This document shows, piece after piece, positions 54,001 to 64,000 of a DNA stretch of 64,000 bases. The stretch covers positions 75,578,001 through 75,642,000 of the forward strand of contig NC_043004.1 in NCBI RefSeq assembly GCF_006345805.1, written 5' to 3'. The notes under the pieces were generated by a model that worked only from the letters and a program-made list of their open reading frames with translations, had not been told where the DNA came from and ran no database searches. Made by a program: the position numbers and the translations under genes. The first letter of the stretch is position 1; every line of letters starts with the position of its first letter. The DNA comes from Octopus sinensis. Taxonomy: Eukaryota.

Positions 54001-57000
54001 ATTTAAACTGAATTGCTTCTGTACACCGCATTTGCAGAGGTGTGTTTAACAAGATTTAGTAGTAAAAGTTTGTCATTATTAGCTCCGGCTAATTCTAGAG
54101 GAGATTTTATGTCATAAATTGCAATTTTTGAACTACAAAACCACAGACTGTTCCAAAAAAAAATTTTTTTTTTTTTTTTTGGCATTTCCCATCTATATCA
54201 TTCATTGATATTTCATACACATTCACAGTTGATACTATAGTTTCAAGAAAAAACTAAAATGTTTATTACAGCAATTGAATAGAAAAAGAGAAATATGCTT
54301 GTTTTCAACGATCCCCATTTGGGACACGTCAAAAAATTTATAATTTCCAAAATAATTCACATATGAAGAAAATTCAAATACTATATATTATTTGAACTCC
54401 TAAGACACCTGGCAAAACCAAAAAATATGAATAAAAAATTTGGTAGTTAATAGGTTAAGATACATTTTCCATGCTGGCATGGGTTAGGCAGTGGTTTGAT
54501 AGGAGCTGAGACACTTTCTCCAATCCATCTACATGACTGTAATTCCAAGTAGAAACCAACTCCTACAGTGACCACTGATCCAGCATATAAAACGGACATA
54601 AAAACAATGATGTATATACATAATGCGTCCTCCTATGCAGTGAAAAACAAGTGGACATTGGCTGGTGGTTTCAGAAAAGTGTCATATGTTAGTACAGAGA
54701 GTGGAGGCACATGGCTTACTAGTTAGGGTGTTGGACTCAGGAGCTTAAGATCATGGTTTCAATTCCTGGACTAGACAATGCATTGTGATCTTGAACAAAA
54801 CACATCCTTTCATGACCACTCAGCTGGTCCTGCAATGGACCAGAGTCCGTCCAGGGAGCGGTATATATGCCACAGAAACCAGGAAATCAACGCTATGCTC
54901 CTTAACAAATAATGTGGTAACAAATCTTTACAGGCTCAGACGGTTAATATAAAAGAAAAAAAGAAAAAGAAAACTGCTTCATGTAATTTCTTACCTCACC
55001 ATGATGGTATGCTGAGAGTTCTGCAACAGAACCTGCCAACTGGGCGACTTTCACCTCTTTTTTGTCATTTCTCTTAAAGCAAGTAAAGATTACTTTACGT
55101 TGACCAGGTTTCAGACCATCAACAAGAGACGGGATTGAACGGTTATTATCTGTGAAACTGAACAGAATTAACTCCCGGTTGATAAATTCATTGAAGGAGA
55201 TTTGGTTTACTCCTTTGCCATACAAATACAACTAGAAAAAAAAAAAAAAGAATAAAATAATAAAAATAAATCATTAGCCGGAGCATTGAAGACATCTGAA
55301 ATTAACTTTCCTTTCAACAATCAGCAGAGTTGCAATTTAATGTTCAACAGACAAGAAAATCAAATAGATCAAATGTTCATTCAATCATACAGATGTGCTT
55401 TACAACAGCCATTTGTAAGGAAGCCTGGCTGTATGACAAACATGTTTGTACAAAAAACCACATGTCTCCAGCTTTGGTCTCTTTGCATGGCCCATGCATT
55501 AGTAAACATTTCTAAATATTAACCAGTATATTTAAGCTGTTTAATACCACTTTGTCTGAGAGCACCTGAGGATTTATTACAAAACTGCTCATTTCAAGCC
55601 ATTCATAGCCAAATTAAAAGCCTGCAACATAATTCTACTTAACAAAGTGTGGTTTGTGGTTATGTGGTAAGCTTGCTTCTCAACCACACAGTTCTGGGTT
55701 CAGTCACACTGCATGGCACCTTGGGCAAGTGCTTTCTATTATAGCCCCAGGGCCAACCAAAGCCTTGTGAGTGGATTTGGTAGAAACTGAAAGAAGTTTT
55801 TGTTGGTGTGTTTACGCCCTCATAACTTAGCAGTTAGGCAAAAAAGACCGATAGTACTAAGTTTCAAAAATAAATCCTGGGGTTGATTTGTTCAACTAAA
55901 ACTCTTTGAGGTGGTTCTCCAGCATGGCCGCAGCAGCAACTTATCCATAAATGTCAGTTTCCAGGGAATTAATAAATCACCTAACATCATAAACTAATAA
56001 TTGTTTAACGTCCACTTTCCATTCTGGCATGGGTTGGACGGTTTGACTAGGACTGGCAAGCCAGAAGGCTGCACCAGGCTCCATTCTGATCTGGCAAGGT
56101 TTCTACAGCTGGATGCCCTTCCTAACACCAACCACTCCAAGAGTATAGTGAGTGCTTTTTACGTGCCACTGGTATGGGAGCCAGTCACACAGATCAGGCA
56201 TCGACCACATTTGGATGGTGCTTTTTACATGCCACTGGTATGGGAGCCAGTCACACAGAACAGGCATCGACCACATTTGGATGGTGCTTTTTACATGCCA
56301 ATGGTACAAGAGCCAGTCAGGGTGCATTGGCATTAACCACGTTCAGATGGTGCTGTTTATATGCCACCAGCACGAAAGTCAGTCAGGGGGCACTGGCATC
56401 GACCATGTTTGGATATTGCTTTTTATGTGCCACCAGCACGAAAGTCAGTCATGGAGCACTGGTATCGACCACATCCGAATGGTACTTTTTACATGCCACT
56501 GGCACAAGAGCCAGTCAGGAGGCACTAGCATCGACCACATTCGGATGGTGGTTCTTACGTGCCACTGCCGCAAGAGCCAGTCAAGAGATACTGGTATTGA
56601 CCACATTCAGATGGTGCTTTTTATGTGCCACCAGCAAAGGAGCCAGTCAGGAGGCACTGGCATCGTCCACATTCAGATGGTGATTTTTACATGCTATTAA
56701 TATAGTAAACTAATATTTCAAAAAATTCTTAGAGCTCCACTGTGCACTGTCACTATATTCTGCTCCCCTTATTTGCCAAAAATACTATCTTCATGATATT
56801 CACCTCAGGAAGTCCCATTTCTGTTCGTCTCCGTTTTTCCTCCATCCAATTAGTAAGCCATTCTTTTCTTTCATCAATTTTCTTTTTGCTGAACGCCTAA
56901 AATTTTAAAAAGAAAAATAGTAAGCAAACGACACACAAATAAATTTTAAAAAGAAATACTGAAAACAATATAAAAAAAAAGTAATTAAGCGAAAATAGGA

Positions 57001-60000
57001 GCCAGTAAAAATAACAAACCAGGTTTATTGAGGCATCATCTTCAGGCCCTTCATACCTGAAAGGTATTCTGTGGCGTTCCATATCAGAAAAATATTCTTT
57101 GGCTTCTTTTGCTGTGCTGGTACCCAAACCTAACAAGTTCAAAATATATAAGAAGCTTTTATGAACCGATTTAAATTCAAATTGACGGACAAATACACTT
57201 TGCCTATTTTATTGGTATCTTTTTATCTGACATCATTACAAGAAAATAACATGGTATTTTGCAGCTGCTCAATTTTATGCCAGTTTATTGCAGATATTTA
57301 CACACACACAGCACACAAGTGGCTGTGTGGTAAGTAGCTTACTCACCAACCACGTTTCCAGGTTCAGTCTCACTGCATGGCACCTTGGGCAAGTGTCTTC
57401 TACTATAGCTTTGAGCTGACCAAAGCCTTGTGAGTGGATTTGGTAGAGGGAAACTGAAAGAAACCCGTCATATATGTATGTGTGTGTGTTTGTCCCCACA
57501 ACATCACTTGGCAACCAATGCTGTGTGTGTTTACATCCTTGTAACTTAGCAGTTCGGCAAAAGAGACCGATAGAATAAGTACTAGGTTTACAACGAATAA
57601 GTCCTAGGGTCGATTTGCTTGACTACAGACGGTGCTCCAGCATGACCGCACTCAAATGACTGAAACAAGTAAAAGAATGAATAAAAGGTGTCTTTGAGTT
57701 TAGTTTGGCAATAAAACAAAACACTTCATCAAACACACGACTAATGCAGCCCAAGACCTTCAGCTGTCTTTAACTCCACAATTCACCACAATTAGGACCA
57801 ATGAGGGTCAAGGAGCTCCTTTAGGGATATATTATTGCATCAATGGCAGAATACAGAAAATCCATCTATGGCCAATCAGCTAACATCCTAACAAATCAGT
57901 TGGATGTAACTTCCCAGGTCAAACTAAAATAAATCTTATTCTCTCTAATTATAATGGTAAGTAATTAGTGAAATATGATTTGCAGTTTTAGGATATAATT
58001 TATAAGCAAAAAAATTACAGTAAAACACCAAACACTGAAGATATAAATGCGATGAGGAATTTGCATGACATATACTATCAATGCTAATTCCACCTGTGCA
58101 TTACACAGAAGATGCTTACATAATGTCCAGAATTTGAAGAGGGAAGAAATATTTCAAATGTTAATAACATAAAGATTCTGTTTTCATGCATATAAAAGCT
58201 TTATAAGGTATATAAAATACAATGATATTTGGGCCGTGAGACATGGGGTCATGTAAAGACAGTAAAAGAAATGGAAGGCTTGACACTGTACCAGTGATTC
58301 AAAGCCAAACTGCCAGGTAGCTGAGCACACATTGTGATCAAACCACACTAGTTTCACATGATTGGTCTATCAAGCAACCAATAAGCATCAAGCTTTTGAG
58401 TGATTCCATTTGCTAGAACTTTTCGCATTGTGCCCTATATAAAGATAGTTTTTGGCAGTAATTGCAGAGCATTGAGGCAGCGGCACAATGTCTCTATTTT
58501 CACCATCACATTCAACAGATTAAGACAGATGGTAACAGGAATTTTTGTTGCCACAAATATAGCAGAACTATTTTCTATTTGTGATAGGACAGCCAGAGAT
58601 TGCTATATCGGTTAACTCCTAAACAACATTTCTCTCCTGGTGTGTATTTACTGCTGGTAGAATTTGTAAAAGACCAACACAGAAAACACTATGTGCAGTA
58701 ATAAAATCCCATTATTTCTTCATGGGTGTTGTTAATTATTTCCTTACACGATCCAAGAAATACATTTTCATTCACCAACAAAACAACAACAGCTACCATG
58801 ACTATGTAATAATAATATCATCATCATCATTTAGCATCTGTTGTCCTTGCTGGCATGGGTTGGCCGGTTTGACCAGGGCTGGTAAACAGAGGGGCTGCAC
58901 CACACTTGTCTGATTTGACATGGTTTCTATGACTGGATGCCCTTCCTAATGCCAACTCCGAGAGTATAGTAGGTGCTTTTACGTATCACCCAGCTTTAAT
59001 ACAAATGTAAAAAGCATTTGAAGTGTAAAGTAAATCTGACTGAAACCAAACTACATCTACAAAATATCTCACTGCACAACCAAAATACCTCAGTATTTTT
59101 TCCCATATTTACTAACGCATTACTTTATAGCAATTAATATTTGAAATAGCTTTATCATTAACTAAGATGTTTAATTTGAATATATTAACATAATATATAC
59201 TAATTCCTAAAAAGTGCTTAAAAAAAAAAACCTTTGTAGTATTTGATCTTCCATGTATGCCAGTTTTCTGTACCACGTTGCCATTCTTCAAATTCAGGAA
59301 TGGAATAGAAAGCCCTTTCCATTTTATTCTTTGTCACCTGTAAGAATCAAATGATCACCAAAATTATAATAACAGCTCCATTAATTGGAACTACAGATCT
59401 TCACATCACCATCGTCATCTTTGAATGTCTTTCCATGCTGGCAGGGGCTGGACAGTTTGGCAGCTGCTGGCAAGTCAGAAGGCTGTACCAAGCTCTGCCA
59501 TCTCTGTTTTGACATGGTTTCTATGATTGGATGCCCTTGCTAACACCAACCACTTTACAGAGTGGACAGGGGGCCTTTTGCACGGCACCCAGACTAGTAA
59601 GATCACCAAGTAACCTGCAAGAAAACTGAGCAGGGAATGGTATTAAGGGCGGCAGTTATATGCCAGGCGATGAGATTAGAGAACATTTATATTCATGCAC
59701 ACACACACAGGCGTGTGCCCATGCACACGCCTGTTTGTGTGTGTGTGTGCAGATGTTTGTTCTGTAATTCATATGAACATACACATTTAACCTATTTCTT
59801 TATTGCCCACAAGGAGCTAAACATAGAGGGGACAAACAAGGACAGGTAAAGGGATTAAGTCGATTACATCGACCCCAGTGCGTAACTGGTACTTAATTTA
59901 TCGACCCCAAAAGGATGAAAGGCAAAGTTGATCTAAGCGAAATTTGAACTAAGAACGTAACGGCAGACGAAATATGGCTACACATTTCGCCCAGCATGCT

Positions 60001-61067
60001 AGCGATTCTGCCAGCTCGCCGTCCAATTAACATACACATTTAACCTTTACCATCATCATTTAATGTCCGTTTTGCCAGGCTGGCATGGGCTGGATGGTCT
60101 GACAGGAGCTAGCAAGCCAGAGAGTTGCACCAAGCTCCTATTGTCTGTTTTGACATGGTTTCTATGACTGGATGCCCTTCCTGATGTCAACGACTTTACA
60201 GAGTGATTATCTTACATGGCACCAGCACAGATGCTTTATGTGTGGCACCAGTACAAGTGCTTCATTTATGGCACCAGCAAGGATGCTTTCTATGTAGCAC
60301 TGGCATGAGGGAAAAATATAAAGGCAGAGAGGTGGTGTGAAAGAAAGAACAGTGAGAAAAACAAAAAAGGTTAAGGGTCAAGTGGGAATGTGGTTCTATG
60401 GGAAGGAGGTGGGGTACACACACACATACAACAAAGATAAAGAACTTACCTTAACAATTGGTGTAATAAATTCTTCTACAACATTGTGTTTCAAAAGGTT
60501 TGGCCAGAAATGATGGATGAAGTTGATTATCAATCCTTTGATGTGAGAGCCGTCATTATCCTGATCTGTCATTATCATAATTTTACCATAACGAAGGGTG
60601 CGCAGCTTCTCAATGTCTTCGTATTTTTCTTTGAACTGAAGTCCAAGAATTTTGATCAGGTTGTTGATTTCTGCATTCTCCATAATCTAAAAACAACAAC
60701 AGCAAAACATGTTATGCAAGGTGTCTCCACAAAAAAAAAATGTTTTTGTCATCATTAAATCAGGATGGAACAGAAAATTTGGTACACGGAGGTTTTGCAG
60801 AAAACTGAAATTTATCTCTTAGTGGTTTGGATCACTGACTGAGGCCATGCTGGAGTACTGTCTTGAAGGGTTTAATCAAACAAATCAAACCTAGTACTTA
60901 AGTCTGATACTTATTCTATCAGTCTCTTTTGTCAAACCTTTAAGCTGCAGGAATATAAACAAACCAACACCACCTTTCAAATGATGTGAAGGGAAGACAA
61001 ACACAAAAACACATACACATGCATATACACACACGTTATACGTCCAGTTTCACTTATATACACATAT

Positions 61068-61104
<37 letters not shown>

Positions 61105-63549
61105 CACACCATACACACACTTCTGCTTCTTGTCTTGAGACAGCATTCACCCGGGGTGGGTTGAGCTGGCTTCATTCATCCTCAATGCTGCATCTTTCAC
61201 AAACGCGGACCAGACCTGGCGATTTGAGGCTAACGACCGCGTGATCTCCAACCACTCCTTATTCCAGCGGCGAACGCCGTAGATATGAGGGCCTAGGTTC
61301 GGTTCCAGATCAGCCTTGACTGTCATCAGCCAGGCTTTTCACACACACACCTATGCACATACATACCACATAATATATGACAAATTTTTTAAAATTTTAA
61401 TTTTCAACTGAATGAAAAAGTAAAATTATGGCTAAAAATACTGACCTGTTTATGAGTTGCCTCTCGAACATTGAGCACTTTACCCTTGAGAGGAAATACA
61501 CCATAGCAATCTCTACCGACAATTCCAAGACCTGCTACAGCCAAAGATTTGGCTGAGTCTCCTTCTGTCAGAATTAATGTACAGTGACTGGAATTTTTGG
61601 TCCCAGCCCAGTTGGCGTCATCAAGTTTAGGGATACCTTTTAGTTTTGAATGTTTGGAGCTATGACATTTCTTCTGTAGCTGAGCTTGTTCTTTGAATTT
61701 CATCCAGCTCATCACACTTTCCACAATACCACATTTGCTCACCTAGAAAAGAGAAACATGTAGCACTAATCAGAAAATAATGTCTTGATATACTCAAATT
61801 ACTTTTATCAATCACTAGTTGAACTACTAAATTACTAAACATGTATTGCTATTTAATATGACAGGAGAGCCAGCTCAGACTGTTTAGCCATGTCGCTTGA
61901 TCTTCCAAGTCAGATCCTGCTTACTGTGATCTCTTCACTGAGGATCCAGTTGGGTTGATGGCTCATGTTAGTGGACCAAACGCCACATGATCACAGCAGA
62001 AGGAGTTAGTCCCCCACCTCTGCGAGATGGGGACTGACTGGGACTTTGCTTGACAGGTCAACCAGTAGGACCCAGGAATATAATGACAAGGTGAATACAG
62101 CAATGCAGAGCAATGGCGCATACCCCAGCACATCTGACCTGAATATCACACTCGTATAATTTTCAATTCCTGAATACCAAAACACAAACTTTTACAAGTA
62201 TTGGAAATGACAATTCTTTTCATGGACGTCTCCAATCAAATGAAGTCTTTTGAGAAGTATCTCTGGTCAAGGCCTCAGTAGCATATAGTAATATTCATTC
62301 AGTTAATAGTTCTAAAAAATTTCACCTGACTTGCCCTATTTCTTTATGTAGAAATAATATATTTCAAATTCTAAAAAGCGTTACAAACACATAAGTCAAC
62401 AGATGTATTTGCATTTAGAGTTGGATATTAAAACCATCAAACAATGAGTGCAGAAGAGGCAGCAAAAGTGCCACTGGTATCAGCAATGTAAAATGGGTGT
62501 CAGCTGCTGGAATATAGAAATGCCAGGTAATGGCAGTGGAATTATACCGACAATTGAGGAAGATCTCAGGATTAAATGCATAGTGAATAATGAATTCTTG
62601 GTAAGAAGATTATGAACCATATTTTCCTTATCTAGAAATAAAGGCTCCTAGTTCAATTTCAGTCTGGTACCACATACACATCCAGAAATAATAGAAATTT
62701 TCAACAATCTAGCTACAAATGAAAATAATAATAGATTACTGTGTGATGATGATGTATCTCAATAATCTGAGTAAAACCAGAACATTTAAAAAAATAATAA
62801 TAATTAACTGCATAATACTCACAGCAGTAATAAATTTCTCACTTGGCTGACATTTTGAACCGAAGGATTTTGGTTGCAATGTCATGTTTTCTTTAGTTTG
62901 AGAATCAAAGGTTGGGTTTTCGACTAGGCAGTTTACAAACAACCACATGTGGCTTTTAATCTAAAGACAAAACAAGAGAAAAATAATAGAATTTCATACA
63001 TAGGAACATGCAGTAATATGAATTGATAGTAAATACTGAACGAAAATATGGTGTATACTACTAGAGAAAAAAAAATTGGATGAAAAGACAGAAAGATGAG
63101 ATCTCAAGATATTGGGCCTCACAGATGAGATGACACCTAAATGAAGATAGGGATGGCCAGCAAAACAAAGAGGCAAGATCTAGCTTCTCTTACCTACCTT
63201 ACAATGTCATTCTAAAAATAAACAATAACATCATGGGAATCTTGAAGCTAAGTTATGAGATAATGGATAATTAATTCGAAACTTGAATAAATAATAAGCA
63301 TGACACTTGACAGAGTGATCTTAATGTTAAAGGGTTTATACTGAATGAAGTAAATTCCAGAAATATTTATTGCATTATTGGTACAGTTATTTCATAGAAA
63401 CAATTGGTGTTTTTTTGTTTATCAATGCAAAATAATTCATAACTTACTTGAAAGGGTTTGATATTCAAACCACCTTTATTTTTCTTCTTCACAACTTCAA
63501 TGATTTTATTGACCAAAGGATCTGAGACATGGTCTATATGGCGACCTCC
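13359..63549 (-). CDS. top2: DNA topoisomerase II (type IIA), multi-exon gene, 5' part outside window
   Basis: Spliced exons in consistent phase encode [48 protein letters not shown] (catalytic Tyr), GIGTGW and an acidic/basic C-terminal domain ending [14 protein letters not shown]. Confidence 0.97.
15151..15856. mobile_element. nested TTAA-specific (piggyBac-like) MITEs
   Basis: Outer ttaacccc...ggggttaa element holds two inner ttaacc(c)tt...aagggttaa elements (15360-15587, 15613-15841); the inner family also occurs at 9589-9813 and 16922-17166. Confidence 0.75.
16062..16159 (-). CDS. top2: top2 CTD exon (basic, NLS-like)
   Basis: [33 protein letters not shown]; phase 1 to 0. Confidence 0.82.
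17370..17415 (-). ncRNA. minimal type I hammerhead ribozyme (Penelope-type) in SINE tail
   Basis: GACAC-CUGAUGA-A-GGCUG(loop)CAGCC-GAA-ACGU-U-GUGUU: intact core, stems I and II pair, palindromic stem III. Confidence 0.75.
18370..18585 (+). mobile_element. tRNA-derived SINE (copies at 26605-27000, 29730-29920, 59790-60020, 63830-64000)
   Basis: ggcggcgagctggcagaa...gagttcaaattcc head and a gcctttcat(c)ctttcggggtcgataaat central domain. Confidence 0.75.
19706..20800. mobile_element. second inverted pair of the same SINE; right arm split by an unclassified repeat (about 20095-20650)
   Basis: Minus copy 19706-19940, plus head 19950-20030, plus tail 20688-20800. Confidence 0.72.
20842..20937 (-). 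CDS. top2: top2 CTD exon, duplicate B
   Basis: [32 protein letters not shown]; tttag acceptor, gtactt donor; 96 nt, phase 1-1. Confidence 0.7.
22886..22984 (-). CDS. top2: top2 CTD exon, duplicate A
   Basis: [33 protein letters not shown]; tttag acceptor, gtactt donor; 99 nt, phase 1-1. Confidence 0.7.
23921..24046 (-). CDS. top2: top2 CTD exon
   Basis: [42 protein letters not shown]; phase 1-1. Confidence 0.8.
24160..24790 (-). mobile_element. CR1/L2-type LINE reverse transcriptase relic
   Basis: KLPS...WISCFLS...LDG...[13 protein letters not shown] and TKTASQRL motifs with frameshifts. Confidence 0.7.
24886..25505. mobile_element. Penelope-like terminal-repeat structure (direct plus inverted partial repeats)
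   Basis: 24886-24950 is directly repeated at 25240-25305; 24925-25045 is inverted at 25385-25505; contains the hammerhead motif. Confidence 0.6.
25091..25133 (-). ncRNA. hammerhead ribozyme-like motif of a second repeat family
   Basis: CUGUG-CUGAUGA-A-GGG(AAAUAA)CCC-A-GAA-AUCGUGAU-A-CACAG: perfect stem I, near-palindromic stem III, one extra A before GAAA. Confidence 0.6.
25553..25752 (-). CDS. top2: top2 CTD exon
   Basis: [29 protein letters not shown]...KEPMK; phase 2 to 1. Confidence 0.8.
28024..28219 (-). CDS. top2: top2 CTD exon (acidic)
   Basis: [16 protein letters not shown]...[12 protein letters not shown]...[12 protein letters not shown]; phase 1 to 2. Confidence 0.82.
30104..30473 (+). 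mobile_element. non-autonomous Helitron/Helentron-like element (DINE-1/Lep1 style)
   Basis: ACTAGC...GCCCGGCGTTGC start, AAGTTTCATCAGAATCGG, ACAG-type microsatellite and TTTATATAGAGAG end. Confidence 0.6.
30993..31663 (+). pseudogene. inverted duplicate of top2 exon 52859-53082 plus downstream intron and SINE
   Basis: Reverse complement of about 52437-53082. The exon part (30993-31216) is identical by eye; the copy ends at the SINE (ATG)n tail. Confidence 0.92.
33565..33582 (-). CDS. top2: candidate 18-nt top2 microexon (VLQRKT)
   Basis: Long pyrimidine-rich tract + tttag acceptor and gtaagg donor; phase 1-1, frame-preserving. Confidence 0.45.
33646..34136. mobile_element. head-to-head inverted pair of tRNA-headed, hammerhead-tailed SINEs
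   Basis: Left (-) and right (+) arms are reverse complements. The centre has A/B-box-like TGGCGTAGTGG...GGTCGATTCC; both tails hold degenerate CTGATGA...GAAA motifs. Confidence 0.8.
34850..35041 (-). CDS. top2: top2 CTD exon
   Basis: AKKPRQPR...[12 protein letters not shown]...RERIPRRAA, similar to the vertebrate TOP2 NPWSD...PRRAA region. Confidence 0.85.
35104..35969 (-). mobile_element. internally deleted mariner transposon
   Basis: HTH part EQRCCIKFC...[17 protein letters not shown] and catalytic C-part LHHDNTPAH...[13 protein letters not shown]...YFEGD in different frames; degenerate TIRs (gtcaaa..gtat). Confidence 0.9.
35968..36146. repeat. (TA)n/(TACA)n compound microsatellite
   Basis: Read directly; many other (TA)n, (GT)n, (ATG)n and (AAT)n tracts occur in the window. 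Confidence 0.9.
37262..37349 (-). CDS. top2: top2 CTD exon
   Basis: [29 protein letters not shown]; ttacag acceptor, gtgagt donor. Confidence 0.82.
39679..39879 (-). CDS. top2: top2 exon (start of C-terminal domain)
   Basis: [10 protein letters not shown]...[16 protein letters not shown]...ASKKRQQ; the PSPxGxR motif is conserved in TOP2. Confidence 0.88.
40305..40555 (-). mobile_element. full-length tRNA-headed hammerhead SINE (other copies at 17325-17495, 39908-39997, 45277-45377)
   Basis: tRNA-like head, (AAT)n linker, tail with hammerhead. Confidence 0.78.
40349..40394 (-). ncRNA. minimal hammerhead ribozyme, second core-intact copy
   Basis: GACAC-CUGAUGA-A-GGCUG(loop)UAGCU-GAA-ACGU-U-GUGUU; stem II has two G-U pairs. 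Confidence 0.65.
41410..41493 (-). CDS. top2: top2 exon
   Basis: [28 protein letters not shown]; aag acceptor, gtgagt donor. Confidence 0.88.
43257..43391 (-). CDS. top2: top2 exon (C-gate)
   Basis: [45 protein letters not shown]. Confidence 0.92.
44357..44454 (-). CDS. top2: top2 exon
   Basis: [33 protein letters not shown]. Confidence 0.92.
45507..45702 (-). CDS. top2: top2 exon (coiled coil)
   Basis: [13 protein letters not shown]...[16 protein letters not shown]...[14 protein letters not shown]. Confidence 0.93.
47285..47511. repeat. long near-perfect palindrome
   Basis: Arms gagtcattttc...aatagttttga / tcaaaactatt...gaaaatgactc with essentially no spacer. Confidence 0.9.
47595..47730 (-). 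CDS. top2: top2 exon
   Basis: [45 protein letters not shown]. Confidence 0.93.
49506..49705 (-). CDS. top2: top2 exon (tower domain)
   Basis: [11 protein letters not shown]...[20 protein letters not shown]... Confidence 0.95.
51690..52020 (-). mobile_element. tRNA-derived CORE-like SINE, second family (copies at 4380-4660, 9140-9420, 40960-41270, 48010-48260)
   Basis: gtggttagagc...gagtttgaatcc...gttcttgagcaagacacttt...ctccagt. Confidence 0.7.
52859..53090 (-). CDS. top2: top2 exon (source of the inverted copy at 31 kb)
   Basis: [11 protein letters not shown]...[37 protein letters not shown]...DPLNM. Confidence 0.95.
53476..53624 (-). CDS. top2: top2 exon with catalytic tyrosine
   Basis: [49 protein letters not shown]; Tyr codon at 53493-53495. 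Confidence 0.95.
54995..55231 (-). CDS. top2: top2 exon (winged-helix domain)
   Basis: LYLYGKG...[17 protein letters not shown]...[19 protein letters not shown]. Confidence 0.95.
56150..56697. repeat. 66-bp minisatellite array (about 8-9 units) inside a SINE
   Basis: gtgcttttt-like anchor recurs at 56152, 56218, 56284, 56350, 56416, 56482, 56548, 56614 and 56680. Confidence 0.9.
56804..56896 (-). CDS. top2: top2 exon
   Basis: [31 protein letters not shown]. Confidence 0.92.
57020..57129 (-). CDS. top2: top2 exon
   Basis: [37 protein letters not shown]. Confidence 0.93.
57315..57680 (+). mobile_element. tRNA-derived CORE-like SINE (copies at 25810-26120, 36140-36510, 50565-50940, 55655-55935)
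   Basis: tggctgtgtggtaag...ggttcagtc...accttgggcaagtgtctt...gaaactgaaagaa. Confidence 0.75.
59232..59337 (-). CDS. top2: top2 exon
   Basis: [36 protein letters not shown]; the donor is GT followed by a T run. Confidence 0.9.
60450..60686 (-). CDS. top2: top2 exon (TOPRIM DxD)
   Basis: IMENAEINN...[22 protein letters not shown]...FITPIVK. Confidence 0.95.
61120..61339 (-). mobile_element. young 5'-truncated RTE LINE end
   Basis: Open frame [29 protein letters not shown]...NRQVW...PG*; CpG-rich; sits inside a (CA)n tract. Confidence 0.7.
61446..61742 (-). CDS. top2: top2 exon (TOPRIM start)
   Basis: VSKCGIVES...KLDDAN...[11 protein letters not shown]...[16 protein letters not shown]. Confidence 0.95.
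62823..62960 (-). CDS. top2: top2 exon (QTK loop)
   Basis: [46 protein letters not shown]; AG/GT boundaries. Confidence 0.95.
63448..63549 (-). CDS. top2: top2 exon (transducer)
   Basis: [34 protein letters not shown]; AG/GT boundaries. Confidence 0.92.
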
Positions 63550-64000
63550 CTATCACAAAAATGACAATAATAAATATTAATAATAAATTCAAAAGGTAGT
63601 ACTCATATCCTACAAAAAATACTGTCAATATAATTCTAAAACAATCTTTCTTCACATATTAACAAAAGTACATGTTCTAAAACAAGATCTTTCTGGAATT
63701 CAGGATATAGAATTAATACATAAATTCCTCTCACTAACCAGTCTTCCCCAAATAAACATGGCAGTTATCTACCATCCTTGAACTTATAATTTGCTGCATT
63801 TTGAGGTCTCTGGATGCAACTGAGTCCATATGCAACTGGGGTCAATATGATCGACTTAATCTGTTTGTCTGTCCTTGTTTGTCCTCTCTGTGTTTAGCCC
63901 CTTGTGGGTAGTAAAGAAATAGGTACTTAATTTATCAGCCCCAAAGGGATGAAAGGCAAAGTTGACCTCAGCAGAATTTGAACTCAGAATGGGCGAAATA

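Noticed and set aside
56150-56697. Regularly spaced repeats resembling a CRISPR array or a repeat-protein gene
   Set aside because: Units are full tandem repeats with no unique spacers, lie inside a SINE in a eukaryotic intron, and no cas genes are present.

Overview
AT-rich, repeat-dense eukaryotic DNA. The SINE/microsatellite content resembles an octopus (coleoid cephalopod) genome; this is an inference. Two genes converge. (1) On +, the last four exons of an LRP2/megalin-like receptor (646-5627: EGF end, transmembrane helix, NPxY-like tail, megalin-type C-terminus) carry two apparent 1-nt deletions. (2) On -, most of a DNA topoisomerase II gene (top2) runs from the transducer domain at 63549 to the stop at 13359; I traced about 25 GT-AG exons in consistent phase, and the 5' end lies beyond the window. 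Introns hold tRNA-derived SINEs, RTE and CR1/L2 LINE relics, mariner relics, MITEs, a Helitron-like element and a solo LTR. Highlights: (a) a multi-copy tRNA-headed SINE whose tail carries a minimal Penelope-type hammerhead ribozyme and which occurs as head-to-head inverted pairs, plus a second hammerhead-bearing family; (b) an inverted copy of a top2 core exon plus downstream intron inside a later top2 intron, with the exon part identical by my reading, able to form long dsRNA over coding sequence; (c) a tandemly duplicated C-terminal exon with a PIP-box-like motif; (d) PLKGK instead of PLRGK in the TOPRIM domain; (e) a candidate 18-nt microexon. All coordinates were read by eye.
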